Positions 9,273-18,279 of a stretch of 64,000 bases of DNA are shown here, piece after piece. The notes under the pieces were generated by a model that ran no database searches, was not told the origin of the DNA, and saw nothing but the letters and a program-made list of their open reading frames with translations. Position 1 is the stretch's first letter; each line of letters opens with the position of its first letter. A program made the translations under genes and the position numbers. The DNA is from a virus: positions 32,001 to 96,000 of IMG/VR virus record IMGVR_UViG_3300020599_000003, one strand, 5' to 3'.

Positions 9273-9304
9273 GGTCGCTGCACGGCATCAAGTGAGGTCG
9301 CTGC
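9259..9304. repeat. 23-bp tandem duplication (1 mismatch) spanning a stop codon
   Basis: ACGGCATCAGGTGAGGTCGCTGC / ACGGCATCAAGTGAGGTCGCTGC. Confidence 0.9.
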
Positions 9305-9323
9305 TGAACAGGGGTCCAGGCGC

Positions 9324-9331
9324 AATTTTAT
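9324..9331 (+). promoter_or_regulatory. AATTTTAT late-type promoter motif
   Basis: Same octamer precedes several virion genes on the - strand. Confidence 0.55.
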
Positions 9332-9337
9332 GGCACC

Positions 9338-9667
9338 ATGGCTACCTCAATCGAACTGCTCATTGCCCTCCCGAACGGGACCACGGCAACGGTGTACTTG
9401 GACCCGGCCTCTGTGTATCTGGTAGAGGTTCATACGGACGGGACTCTGGCGTATGTTCCGGCGGATGAGGTCGCCAACCTCGTCCTCTATGAGACTCCTG
9501 AAAAGGATCAATGGCCTCTCCTGAACTACGTCGTTGCCAACGTGATCCGCGCTCTCCCCAGCGATCACGAACCCGACTCCGGTGGCCTCTACTTCGATTC
9601 CCACCCCAATCCGTGCGCCTGCGTAACGACAACGGATGCCTCCCAATTCTTGCGATTCACGGAATAG
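9338..9667 (+). CDS. hypothetical protein (109 aa)
   Basis: ORF directly after AATTTTAT motif. Confidence 0.7.
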   Translation: MATSIELLIALPNGTTATVYLDPASVYLVEVHTDGTLAYVPADEVANLVLYETPEKDQWPLLNYVVANVIRALPSDHEPDSGGLYFDSHPNPCACVTTTDASQFLRFTE

Positions 9668-9671
9668 AACC

Positions 9672-10727
9672 ATGCTCCAGCAACTGATCTCCCCGACCCC
9701 TTCCTACTTCGGCCGTCCCCTGGACAAGCCCTCCAAGCAGACCATCCTCGTTGCGATGGGTCGGCCGTCGGGCAAGATCTACGGGTACTTTTCCATCGCC
9801 GAGACCACCTTCGATGGCACGGAAACCGAGTTCACCATGCCTGACGGTAAGGTGCCGGTCCAGTCCATCACGCATCCGTCCTATCAGCACCCCACGGCCA
9901 ACACGCGGAACGCTGGCCTGCCTGATGGTCAGAACTACATGACGGGTGGTCGCCTGAACATCGCTCGCACGAACTCCCCGGTCGTGGGCCAATACATGGC
10001 TGCGGTGTGGGACGATGCTGAACTCACGAAAGCGCAGAAGGTCCACCGCTTCGGCACCAACTCCAGCAATCCGTCTGGGTTGCGCGGCGCTCCGGTCGGC
10101 AGTTTCGGCAGCGCCGTCACGAACTACCGAATGCAGAAGGGTCAGGAAGATATCGGACAGGCGGTTCCGGGATCGCTGACCGTCCCCTGGAGTGGCTTCT
10201 CGAATTTCGTGGACGTTTCGCACACTGGCTACGCCCATCTGTGGGTGAGTGCTCTGAACCTCACGCAAGACCGACTGACCCTTGGCGCTCTCATCCAGTC
10301 CCTGACGTTGGGCATGGGCTCTGTCGCCGCCAACTTCGATCCGGAGCCGCCGGTGCCTCCTGTCGTTGACAATCCCGATGCTACGATGCGCTGGTTCGCC
10401 AATATCTCGGAGTCGGCCCTGGTCGGAGAATGCCCGTACTTCGACTTTAATTGGGTGACCCTCTTCCAGGCGAAGAACCGGCAGTACGTCAATTCGCGCC
10501 TCGTCATCCCGCAGACCATCAAGCCCACTACCGTCCCCGAAGCCTTCAAGGTCTTCCTGGTAGGCTCGCCTACGGTGGTTACTGGCACCAACGTCACCTA
10601 TGACACTCTGCGGGTGCTTCTGGTGGATCCGTCGAAAGCTCCAGCTGGGGATTACGAGTTCGAGTTCGACGTGTCTACGGATCAGGGCACGACGCAAGTC
10701 AAACTCACCCTCACCGTGGCCGCGTAA
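9672..10727 (+). CDS. probable virion structural protein, C-terminal Ig-like beta domain
   Basis: Thr/Gly/Val-rich; C-terminus AGDYEFEFDVST..GTTQVKLTLTV; followed by terminator. Confidence 0.65.
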   Translation: MLQQLISPTPSYFGRPLDKPSKQTILVAMGRPSGKIYGYFSIAETTFDGTETEFTMPDGKVPVQSITHPSYQHPTANTRNAGLPDGQNYMTGGRLNIARTNSPVVGQYMAAVWDDAELTKAQKVHRFGTNSSNPSGLRGAPVGSFGSAVTNYRMQKGQEDIGQAVPGSLTVPWSGFSNFVDVSHTGYAHLWVSALNLTQDRLTLGALIQSLTLGMGSVAANFDPEPPVPPVVDNPDATMRWFANISESALVGECPYFDFNWVTLFQAKNRQYVNSRLVIPQTIKPTTVPEAFKVFLVGSPTVVTGTNVTYDTLRVLLVDPSKAPAGDYEFEFDVSTDQGTTQVKLTLTVAA

Positions 10728-10741
10728 CCTCCAACCCAAGC

Positions 10742-10776
10742 AAGGGCTCCTGATCGAAAGGTCGGGAGCCCTTCTT
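10742..10776 (+). terminator. Rho-independent terminator
   Basis: AAGGGCTCCTGATC-GAAA-GGTCGGGAGCCCTT then CTT. Confidence 0.75.
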
Positions 10777-10797
10777 GCGTTCTGGGACAGAAAAGCA

Positions 10798-10803
10798 GTA
10801 AAT
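10798..10803 (+). promoter_or_regulatory. GTAAAT motif upstream of sliding clamp
   Basis: Right after terminator, 39 nt upstream of ATG 10842. Confidence 0.5.
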
Positions 10804-10841
10804 GATGTGCGTAGCACACCCCATTATAGGACAGGGCAGAC

Positions 10842-11924
10842 ATGCTGAAAGTAGCAATATCCGGCGATTCGTTGCAAGATGCGATGAAGATCGCCACCAC
10901 CATCGCACCTCCGATGACCGGCAACATAATCTTCGACGGGTCGCAACCGGGCAAGCTGGCAATAACCTCGATTGGCGAATCCACTCGCTGCCACCTGATA
11001 CTGCCGTGCCACTCGGAAGGCGACGATATCTTCTCCCTTCCCATACAGACCGCCATCTCCTCGACCAAAGGCCGCGCCGAGGTGCAACTCCTGTTCGACA
11101 AGTCTGTGCTGACTGTCAAATCGGGCAAGTACAAGACAGTGGCCGCAACGGTGGACGTCGTACGAGAGCCGCCGCTCCCCATGAAGGGGTTGGAGGGTAC
11201 GCGCATCGAACCTGAACAATCCGCGTGGTTGCTCCAGTCGTGCAAGGATGTCCTCATCAACCCCGACAAGGTTCTGGGTCAGAAGATCAGCCACGTTAGC
11301 TTCCAACTTACTGACGAGGGGGCCTTCATTGCCTCATACGACGGGGAGCGCATGGCCTATGCAATGACCAGCGAGGTCACCGGCAACATGGAGTTCACAC
11401 TCCCGCTGCAGACTTTGAAGTCTGTCCTCGAGACGTTCGGACAGTCCGTGTTCAAGATGTCCGTGCGGGACGGCGTCCTGTATGTGTGGAATGCCATTGG
11501 CTTCGCAACCCTCGCGCTGATCGCCCCTCAATTCACCATCCCCATGGAAGCAGTCATGGGCCGAGTCGAAGAGAGTCGGGCAAAACCCAAGGCCAAATTC
11601 CGATTGGATCTCAGCGAGGCCAAAGCATTCTTCGAGAATGCCAAGGCTGTAGCACGGGAGGGCGTCAAGAACAGCATCCACGTGAAGGTCGGGAAGTCCA
11701 CTACCAAGCTCGAACTGAAGTCTTCGTTCGGTAGCTCGGAGATCGAGCTTGAGTCCAAGGCCACTGGCGCATCCGAGTTCGATATCGACATGTCCTATCT
11801 GCAGGAGTTCATGGGGAAGAAGTTCCCGGACGTGCACGTCTTCGACACTTACATTTCCGGATATGATGCTGACACGGGCATGATCATTGCCCTCAACCAG
11901 CCGGAGTCGCCGAGTGCTGATTGA
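10842..11924 (+). CDS. sliding clamp, DNA Pol III beta-like
   Basis: 360 aa, three repeated alpha/beta domains, LTVKSGKYK and FIASYDGERMA (cf. ATDGHRLA); context with clamp loader. Confidence 0.72.
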   Translation: MLKVAISGDSLQDAMKIATTIAPPMTGNIIFDGSQPGKLAITSIGESTRCHLILPCHSEGDDIFSLPIQTAISSTKGRAEVQLLFDKSVLTVKSGKYKTVAATVDVVREPPLPMKGLEGTRIEPEQSAWLLQSCKDVLINPDKVLGQKISHVSFQLTDEGAFIASYDGERMAYAMTSEVTGNMEFTLPLQTLKSVLETFGQSVFKMSVRDGVLYVWNAIGFATLALIAPQFTIPMEAVMGRVEESRAKPKAKFRLDLSEAKAFFENAKAVAREGVKNSIHVKVGKSTTKLELKSSFGSSEIELESKATGASEFDIDMSYLQEFMGKKFPDVHVFDTYISGYDADTGMIIALNQPESPSAD

Positions 11925-12237
11925 CAGGCTTTCCCCGAGGATCTTCGCGCTGCGCATGGAGCCCGGTAGCCTGGAACCCATCGGCAAGCCGTTGGTGGAT
12001 TCCCTACTCCGCGTGTATCGCTGTCAGTCTGGTTTTCTCGTCGAGCATGTGTGGGGTGAGCTCATGTTCGGTGGCTACTACCTGTTCGCCCACCGCCCCG
12101 GCTTGCGCAAATTGACTGAGACAGACTCCGTGCTGCGCAACAAGGAGATCGTCGTGTTCAACACACCTAACAAGGCCACGCTCATCACATCTCCGATCGC
12201 CTCGGAGCTGATTCAGACTATTCTGGACGAGCAATGA
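11914..12237 (+). CDS. hypothetical protein (start uncertain; GTG 11914 or ATG 11956)
   Basis: ORF ends in ATGA overlap with NADAR gene. Confidence 0.6.
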   Translation: MLIDRLSPRIFALRMEPGSLEPIGKPLVDSLLRVYRCQSGFLVEHVWGELMFGGYYLFAHRPGLRKLTETDSVLRNKEIVVFNTPNKATLITSPIASELIQTILDEQ

Positions 12238-12647
12238 ACGAGATCACCTCCTTCGACGGGGAGTTCCGCTTCCTGTCCAACTTCCACTATGTGCCGCATC
12301 TTGGCACCACGGCCGAGCATCTGTACCAAGCTGCCAAGGCGGCCGACCCCATCGACATGATCCGCATCCTGGCGGCAGAAACACCGGGCCAAGCGAAGCG
12401 GCTGGGCGCACGCTGCAAGATGCGTGAGAACTGGGATCACATCAAGATCGGTGTCATGCGCGAGGTGATTGCGCAGAAATTCGAGGACCCGGACCTGCGT
12501 GACTTCCTCCTGTCCACCGGTGAGGCCCGCCTGATTGAAGGCAACACCTGGGGCGATAAGTTCTGGGGCGTGTGCGGTGGCGTCGGCCTCAACAACCTCG
12601 GCCTGCTTCTGATGGAGCGCCGCCAGCAACTGCGAGACGCCCTATGA
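12234..12647 (+). CDS. NADAR (YbiA-like) ADP-ribosyl/N-glycosidase
   Basis: FLSNF, TAEHLYQAAK, AKRLG, W...K..VM...I..KF, L..TG...L.E.N.W.D.FWG, N.LG.LLME.R. Confidence 0.92.
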   Translation: MNEITSFDGEFRFLSNFHYVPHLGTTAEHLYQAAKAADPIDMIRILAAETPGQAKRLGARCKMRENWDHIKIGVMREVIAQKFEDPDLRDFLLSTGEARLIEGNTWGDKFWGVCGGVGLNNLGLLLMERRQQLRDAL

Positions 12648-12751
12648 GCTGGCGGACCGACGTTCCTAGTTCTATGCTCATCGGCGAACTGGTGGCTTGG
12701 GTTCTCGTCGTGGTCGGTATCAGCATCTACAACCTACTGGAGTTACTATGA
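12644..12751 (+). CDS. 35-aa single-pass membrane peptide
   Basis: Not in ORF track; ATGA overlaps at both ends; hydrophobic LVAWVLVVVGISIYNLL. Confidence 0.6.
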   Translation: MSWRTDVPSSMLIGELVAWVLVVVGISIYNLLELL

Positions 12752-13005
12752 GCAATCACGGCTATCATATCGAAGTGATCCCCAAGGGTGAGCTCGGTGA
12801 GCTTTCCAAAATCCAAGAAGAACTCTCCGAACTCCGCGACGCCATGGTGCAAGGCAGCCGGGTCATGGCACTGGTCGAACTCTCAGACACGGTCGGTGCC
12901 ATTCAGGCATTCCTCGACAAGCATTTCCCTGGCTTCACCATCGACGACCTGAAGACCTTCTCCAACATCACCAAGCGAGCCTTCGAGAATGGCCACCGCA
13001 AATAA
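12748..13005 (+). CDS. MazG-like all-alpha NTP pyrophosphohydrolase
   Basis: KIQEELSELRDA...ALVELSDTVGA = EExxE...ExxD metal-binding motif in 85 aa. Confidence 0.7.
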   Translation: MSNHGYHIEVIPKGELGELSKIQEELSELRDAMVQGSRVMALVELSDTVGAIQAFLDKHFPGFTIDDLKTFSNITKRAFENGHRK

Positions 13006-13606
13006 CCTCGACACCGACAGCTTGGCCCTCATGCACGGCGCACTGAACCTCCTGTCCAGCGTAGGGTTCACGTTCGTCGATCTGCCGTGGGCGGTCTACA
13101 GCATGTATTCGGACGCCACCCGCCCGAAAGATGCGCGCGACTTCGAGACGCCGCTCGGGTCGCTGGTGGCATCTGGTGAGCAGAGCTTCCTGCAGATGTG
13201 GAATCGCAGAGAACTGCCACCACTGCTGAGCTCGCTTGGCTATGTTGGCTGGACTCCGTGCTTTCGTGATGAGCCAGTGCATGACGAGCTCCACCAAGGT
13301 GCGTTCTTGAAGGTGGAATGGTTTGTGCCGTTCCCGAAGGATCCTGGCAACGAGCTCCAGGCGCTCCTCGAAATCCAGAAGGTGGTGTTCATCTCGATGG
13401 CTCAGATGGTTGGCGTCGATCACGACACCGCCAAAGCAGGCATCGAGGTTGAGCAGACCGACACGCACGCCTACGACATCAATGTCGGCGGCATTGAAAT
13501 CGGCTCGTATGGGCTGCGCTACTTCATGGGTGGCATCTACCTGTATGGTACGGGGCTTGCGCTCCCCAGATTCAATGTCGCGTTCGCTAAATTGAGGAAC
13601 AAATGA
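12989..13606 (+). CDS. stand-alone class II aminoacyl-tRNA synthetase-like catalytic domain
   Basis: Motif 1 LSSVGFTFVDLP, motif 2 TPCFRDE...LHQGAFLKVE, motif 3 IEIGS...GTGLALPRF; no anticodon-binding domain. Confidence 0.78.
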   Translation: MATANNLDTDSLALMHGALNLLSSVGFTFVDLPWAVYSMYSDATRPKDARDFETPLGSLVASGEQSFLQMWNRRELPPLLSSLGYVGWTPCFRDEPVHDELHQGAFLKVEWFVPFPKDPGNELQALLEIQKVVFISMAQMVGVDHDTAKAGIEVEQTDTHAYDINVGGIEIGSYGLRYFMGGIYLYGTGLALPRFNVAFAKLRNK

Positions 13607-14163
13607 CCTCCATCCGTATTGGCGGCAAGCCCCAAGCGCGGAAGCCGCAACCGAGCCGTCTGACTCCGGAAGACCCCGAATACAAGACACTCATGCGCAT
13701 CCTGGCTGGGATGCAAAGCCGCATCAACATCGAGAAAGAGCGCAACGAAATCCTGACCCTGCATGAGTCGCGGAAGTCCTTGGGCCTGATGTCCAGCGCC
13801 AAGCGATATGACCCGCAGTATGTCTACGACTGCGTGTTGACAGATATGGCGTATCGGGGGCGCTTGGTCACGATGATCAAGCGCGTAAATAACACGGTGA
13901 CCCTCCTCGAACGTGCTGAGAAGGCATTCCGTGCCTACGCGCTCACGTCCTTCCGGGCGCAACTCGGCAGTACGCAGGGTGAGCGCACCAATGCCCTGGA
14001 CCGCATCTGTCGCCCGGTGCTGGATTTCAAGTCCGAATGCCAGGACCACGTTGCAGGCATCGAGGTAGTCATCAAGGACATTGATCAAGCATCCTTCGCT
14101 TACGCGAGGCTGGTCACGTTGCTCCAGCTCATGTCCGACTCAAAGGGCCCACGTAATATTTAG
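13603..14163 (+). CDS. helical hypothetical protein, possibly UvsY-like recombination mediator
   Basis: All-helical coiled-coil pattern; lies next to the SF2 helicase as uvsY does beside uvsW in T4-like phages (inference). Confidence 0.5.
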   Translation: MTSIRIGGKPQARKPQPSRLTPEDPEYKTLMRILAGMQSRINIEKERNEILTLHESRKSLGLMSSAKRYDPQYVYDCVLTDMAYRGRLVTMIKRVNNTVTLLERAEKAFRAYALTSFRAQLGSTQGERTNALDRICRPVLDFKSECQDHVAGIEVVIKDIDQASFAYARLVTLLQLMSDSKGPRNI

Positions 14164-14658
14164 GACCCAGACAGTATGCGCTCACCCTCTATTCTAGCCG
14201 AGCTGTATTCGAGCGGGAGCTTGACACTACCTAGAGCCCGGCCTTCTGTATCATAGAAGTGCATACTTCTGCTGATGATCTTATAAGTGAACGGGACCTC
14301 AGGTAATTTCAGCTTCAATTGCTTGATCCCGCCATTACCTGAGGTACCGTAGACTCGAGACCCTTCTTTAACACGGAACACTGCTTCAGCACACTTCTTA
14401 TGATCTCTCGGAAGCTGGCCAAGTATTAATCTCCTATTCTTAATCAGGATTTCACCTCGGCAATACCTACACCCGACACGTGACCAGAGTGGGATGACAT
14501 GGGCTTCAAGTAGAGTGAACAGGGGGGTTCTGGGCCGTTATCTTGGACTCCAGCACTTCAACGTCCATTCTGTGCGCTTCTGACTGATATTCTCTGTATC
14601 CATCTCGAGCCCACACCATCTTCCGCTGCTTACTTTGGTTGGCAACGTCTTCACGCAT
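14160..14658 (-). other. low-GC antisense insert with split ORF
   Basis: About 49% GC (hand count 236/480, 14161-14640); two overlapping - strand frames meeting at a C6 run. Confidence 0.4.
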
Positions 14659-16209
14659 ATGACACAGCAGAAAGAACGCATCATACGAATATACAAGGCA
14701 GAGGCGCTCTACCTCAGAAGCTCCGATGTACCTGAGCCAATCAAGGAAACGTTGTACAATCGGTACACCGTGAGGTTCTATGCGGAGAAGGTGTGTGCCA
14801 AGTGCGAGCATGGCCCCTATCGTCACACGGAAGAGTTCTGCCAACCGTGCGGAGCATTCACGGGCGAAGTCCGCCTGTCCGGTGAGTACAAGGTCGGCAA
14901 GGAGAAGTATGTCAAGGTCCCGCTCGGCGACCGCCTCCAAGTCACGTCCTACCTCAATAGTAAGGGCTTCAATCTCAAGCTGTTCGACAAGACGCCGCAG
15001 GCCCGTAAGTATCCCATGCGGTTCATCGGCACCCTGAAGGACTACCAAAAGGACGTACCGGCCAAGCTCAAGAGAGCCAAGCGCGGCGTGCTGAAAGCGC
15101 CTCCGCGTACCGGCAAGACGGTGATGGCGTGCGCCACTATCTGCCATATTGGTGGTAAGGCGCTCATCCTGGCCGCACAGCGTGAATGGCTCGACGGCTT
15201 CTACGACACCTTCATGGGGTCGGCCACGACCCAGAAGATGTCGAATCTACCGAAGCACATGATCGGGTACTGTAAGAAGCCGAGCGACTTCGAGAAGTAC
15301 GCAGTGTGCCTCGCCACGTACCAGACGTTCATCAGCGAGAATGGCCACAAGGTTCTGGAGAAGGTCCGCAACCTCTTCTCCACCGTCATAGTCGATGAGG
15401 CACATGGTCTTGCGGCCCAACATTTCCTGCGCACCATATCCCGCTTCAACGCCGAGTACGTATTCGGCCTGACCGCGACCCCTGGACGTAAGGACGGCAT
15501 GTACAAACTGGTGGACATGGTGCTAGGTCGCGTCGTCCACGAGATCAAGCGCGAGATGCTACGCCCCAAGTGGATTCCGGTTCGGACGCAATTCAGGGAC
15601 AACCGCAGTAGCGGACTGTGGGCCAATCTCGTCAAGCGCCTGGAGAAGGACCCGAAGCGACTCAAGCTGATCGCGGAATACGCGGTGAAGGATATCCGGT
15701 CCGGGCACGTCGTGTTGATCCCGTTCTCGCAGGTGGCCCCGGTGCGTGCGCTGGTGCAAGCCATCAACAAGATCGCTGGCGAGAAGGTAGCCTACGAGTT
15801 CAGTGGTAGTCTGCGCAAGGATGTCCGCAAGAAGCTGATTGCCGACGCGCAGCAGGGTCTCATCCCATGCCTCGTTGGCACCATCAAGTTGCTCTCGGTC
15901 GGCACCAACATCCCACCTGCCAGTGCGCTGTACGAGGTAGCTCTGTCGGCCAACGTCTATTCCGCCGAACAGCGCATCGCCCGTATATTGACGCCGCACG
16001 ACGGTAAACCCGACCCTATCGTCCGATTCTTCATGGACGAGTACAAGGTGCGCAAGTCCTGCGCCCGTGTGGAGTGGTTCGGCGTGATACGTAAAAAGTT
16101 CAACCCTCTGATTTCCCCCAAGGATGAAGAAATCTTCGTGGGTTGGATGTCTGGCAAGAACGACGCTATGGACTACGGTTCGCGCAAACGACCTCTTTTA
16201 GGATGGTGA
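14659..16209 (+). CDS. superfamily 2 DExD/H helicase (UvsW/XPB-like) with N-terminal Zn finger
   Basis: LKDYQ, APPRTGKT, IVDEAH, GLTATP, HELICc motif GTNIP, EQRIARI; CxxC...CxxC near N-terminus. Confidence 0.9.
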   Translation: MTQQKERIIRIYKAEALYLRSSDVPEPIKETLYNRYTVRFYAEKVCAKCEHGPYRHTEEFCQPCGAFTGEVRLSGEYKVGKEKYVKVPLGDRLQVTSYLNSKGFNLKLFDKTPQARKYPMRFIGTLKDYQKDVPAKLKRAKRGVLKAPPRTGKTVMACATICHIGGKALILAAQREWLDGFYDTFMGSATTQKMSNLPKHMIGYCKKPSDFEKYAVCLATYQTFISENGHKVLEKVRNLFSTVIVDEAHGLAAQHFLRTISRFNAEYVFGLTATPGRKDGMYKLVDMVLGRVVHEIKREMLRPKWIPVRTQFRDNRSSGLWANLVKRLEKDPKRLKLIAEYAVKDIRSGHVVLIPFSQVAPVRALVQAINKIAGEKVAYEFSGSLRKDVRKKLIADAQQGLIPCLVGTIKLLSVGTNIPPASALYEVALSANVYSAEQRIARILTPHDGKPDPIVRFFMDEYKVRKSCARVEWFGVIRKKFNPLISPKDEEIFVGWMSGKNDAMDYGSRKRPLLGW

Positions 16210-16210
16210 C

Positions 16211-16555
16211 ATGAATCTCCAAGAAGCAAAGCTCTACATTGGTAGTCGCATCAGGGCCGTCCTGCGCGATGTCGATACCGGCAAGGTCGCCGTGGTGGAC
16301 GCCTCTATCCTGGCGGTGAGCGACAATGGCACGGCCAACATCGCGTGCAACGGGCAGAGCCTGTGGATGCGGCTGGAACATATCACCAAGGTCCCTTCCG
16401 ACGTGAAGGAATCACCCGGCGACTGGCCGGAGGACTACGCCCACGAGGATGGTTGCTATCAGTGCAAATGCTTCCAGTGCGGCAATCTCTTTCACGGGCA
16501 CAGACGTCGCGCTCTGTGCAAGACGTGCTACGCGAATCCCGGGGAAGTCGAATGA
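16211..16555 (+). CDS. hypothetical protein with C-terminal Zn finger
   Basis: CKCFQCG...CKTC; SH3-like N-terminus. Confidence 0.7.
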   Translation: MNLQEAKLYIGSRIRAVLRDVDTGKVAVVDASILAVSDNGTANIACNGQSLWMRLEHITKVPSDVKESPGDWPEDYAHEDGCYQCKCFQCGNLFHGHRRRALCKTCYANPGEVE

Positions 16556-17037
16556 ACCTGGAGCAACTATACCAGAACAATCTGGGCCTTCTGCACCACC
16601 CAGGTCTGCGCGGCGCAATCTACTTCATTCAGGAGTACGCGCTTCGCTACCAGGAGGTCGTGACCGGGGACCAGTACCCAATCCTCAAGCTACTAGGTGT
16701 CAAGGGTAAGCATTCGTTCTTCGAGGCGCGTTGGGCCAACGACGAGCGACTGCACAACCTCGTATGGTACGACGTGTTCGCTCAGGAAGAATCCACCTGC
16801 GACTGGACGGCGTTCCAGCTCTGCCTGGGATACGAGAACAAGCTCTTCGACCTGGACGGCAAGGAAGTAAATAAGTACGGTCGCTGGGTGCGGTTCGCTG
16901 CAAATCGCCCCGGCGACGATGCCTTTCTCGTGGAAAGGATCATCAACACATACGAACTCTCGATAGCCAAGCCGGTTGTCGCAGAGCTCCCAATCGAGGA
17001 ACCTCATGAAAGCAATCTGGAAGTTCGGTCTAGCTGA
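16552..17037 (+). CDS. hypothetical protein
   Basis: ATGA coupling. Confidence 0.65.
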   Translation: MNLEQLYQNNLGLLHHPGLRGAIYFIQEYALRYQEVVTGDQYPILKLLGVKGKHSFFEARWANDERLHNLVWYDVFAQEESTCDWTAFQLCLGYENKLFDLDGKEVNKYGRWVRFAANRPGDDAFLVERIINTYELSIAKPVVAELPIEEPHESNLEVRSS

Positions 17038-17329
17038 AAGCTGCACCGTCGAAATGCCCAAGGGCGCACGCATCCTGACTGTGCGTGAGCAGGGCAACGA
17101 CGTGGCTCTGTGGGTGGAAGTGGACCCCAAGGCACCGCGTGAGAAGCGCGAGTTCCGCCTCTTCGGCACGGGCTTCGAGCTCCCTGGCAACAAGCTGATG
17201 AACTACCTGGGCACCGCGATGCTCATGGGTGGCAGTCTGGTGCTGCACGCCTACGAAGTACTCCCTCACGACCCCGCCAAGACCCTCGTGGCAGGAATCA
17301 CTTATCGCAACGGCCCCACCGGAGGTTGA
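17006..17329 (+). CDS. conserved phage hypothetical protein
   Basis: IWKF...MPKGARILTV..Q...LW.EVDP...FGTG pattern familiar from many phages. Confidence 0.7.
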   Translation: MKAIWKFGLAESCTVEMPKGARILTVREQGNDVALWVEVDPKAPREKREFRLFGTGFELPGNKLMNYLGTAMLMGGSLVLHAYEVLPHDPAKTLVAGITYRNGPTGG

Positions 17330-17330
17330 C

Positions 17331-17924
17331 GTGGTCAAGAAGCAACTCAAGCCAGGAGTGTACGCGATCGATGTCCCCAAGACGAGCCGAGCGCGTACCA
17401 TCGTGCCGGGCCACGTCTTTCGCCAGACGGCCTTCAATTGGGAACCGCAGGCGTTCGCGGTCGAGCATGAGAAGTTCGACGGTAAGCTCGTCAGTGAGGC
17501 GCCCCAGAAGCAGTCGCTGGAAACCTTCATCGCCAACCCTGGATACAAGGGCATCTTCGGGGTAGCAGGCAACCCGGACGACCAGATGGCGAAGTACTTC
17601 GCGGCGTACCTCGTCCACCACCACATGCAGACATTCCCCTCGGGGGCAGTTCATTGGGAAGTGCTGTATGGTGGCTTCGAGAACAAGCTGCTGGTGCAAC
17701 CCAAGGACCACATCAGCATGCTGGTCCTGTCGAATCTGACGGCCGACAGCACTCAATCCAAGTTGGAGAAGGCTCGCGACCTCCTGGAGTACTATTCCAA
17801 CGTCCCTAGGGTAGTCGTGTGCGCTGGTACTGATCCTATGTCGTTCCTCTGTGGCAAGCTGTATTGCCCCGTGAACGCAATGGTCTATATCCAGGGCAAA
17901 GCCCTCAACTCGATGGTGTTGTGA
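17331..17924 (+). CDS. P-loop-derived protein, possibly inactive DnaC-type helicase loader
   Basis: GTG start with GGAGG SD; beta-strand GIFGVAG then degenerate loop, MLVLSN strand, DLLE.Y...PRVVVC; near DnaB. Confidence 0.55.
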   Translation: MVKKQLKPGVYAIDVPKTSRARTIVPGHVFRQTAFNWEPQAFAVEHEKFDGKLVSEAPQKQSLETFIANPGYKGIFGVAGNPDDQMAKYFAAYLVHHHMQTFPSGAVHWEVLYGGFENKLLVQPKDHISMLVLSNLTADSTQSKLEKARDLLEYYSNVPRVVVCAGTDPMSFLCGKLYCPVNAMVYIQGKALNSMVL

Positions 17925-18106
17925 TGTCTATCTGCAAAATCCTGACTGGTAAGACGGTCGACCAACTCGGCGGTGCCGAGGCCTCCGCACCAGAGACTCT
18001 GACCATTGGCAAGAGCACGCTCGAAGACGAGATTGAGCCCCTGAATGACGAAATCAATGGCATAGGTGGCTTCGAGAACTACACCATCGTGGAGGAACAG
18101 GCATGA
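17924..18106 (+). CDS. small acidic hypothetical protein
   Basis: TGATG coupling. Confidence 0.55.
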   Translation: MSICKILTGKTVDQLGGAEASAPETLTIGKSTLEDEIEPLNDEINGIGGFENYTIVEEQA

Positions 18107-18279
18107 TCTTCGCAATCGGAATCATACTCGCCTACATCGGCTGGGTACTGAAGGCTCGCGGCCTGGAAGCCATCACTGCATCTTCGTGGCGACTCATCCT
18201 TTCTGGCAGCCTTATCGTCTGCGGCTTGTTCATGGTGGTACTGTCCATCGCCATCATGGCCTGGGGCAGCTTGCCATGA
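18103..18279 (+). CDS. 58-aa two-TM membrane protein
   Basis: Not in ORF track; GGAGGA SD, ATGA overlaps both ends, two hydrophobic segments. Confidence 0.65.
   Translation: MIFAIGIILAYIGWVLKARGLEAITASSWRLILSGSLIVCGLFMVVLSIAIMAWGSLP

Noticed and set aside
14221-14254. TTGACA...TATCAT sigma70-like promoter
   Set aside because: Spacer is 22 nt, too long for a canonical promoter.
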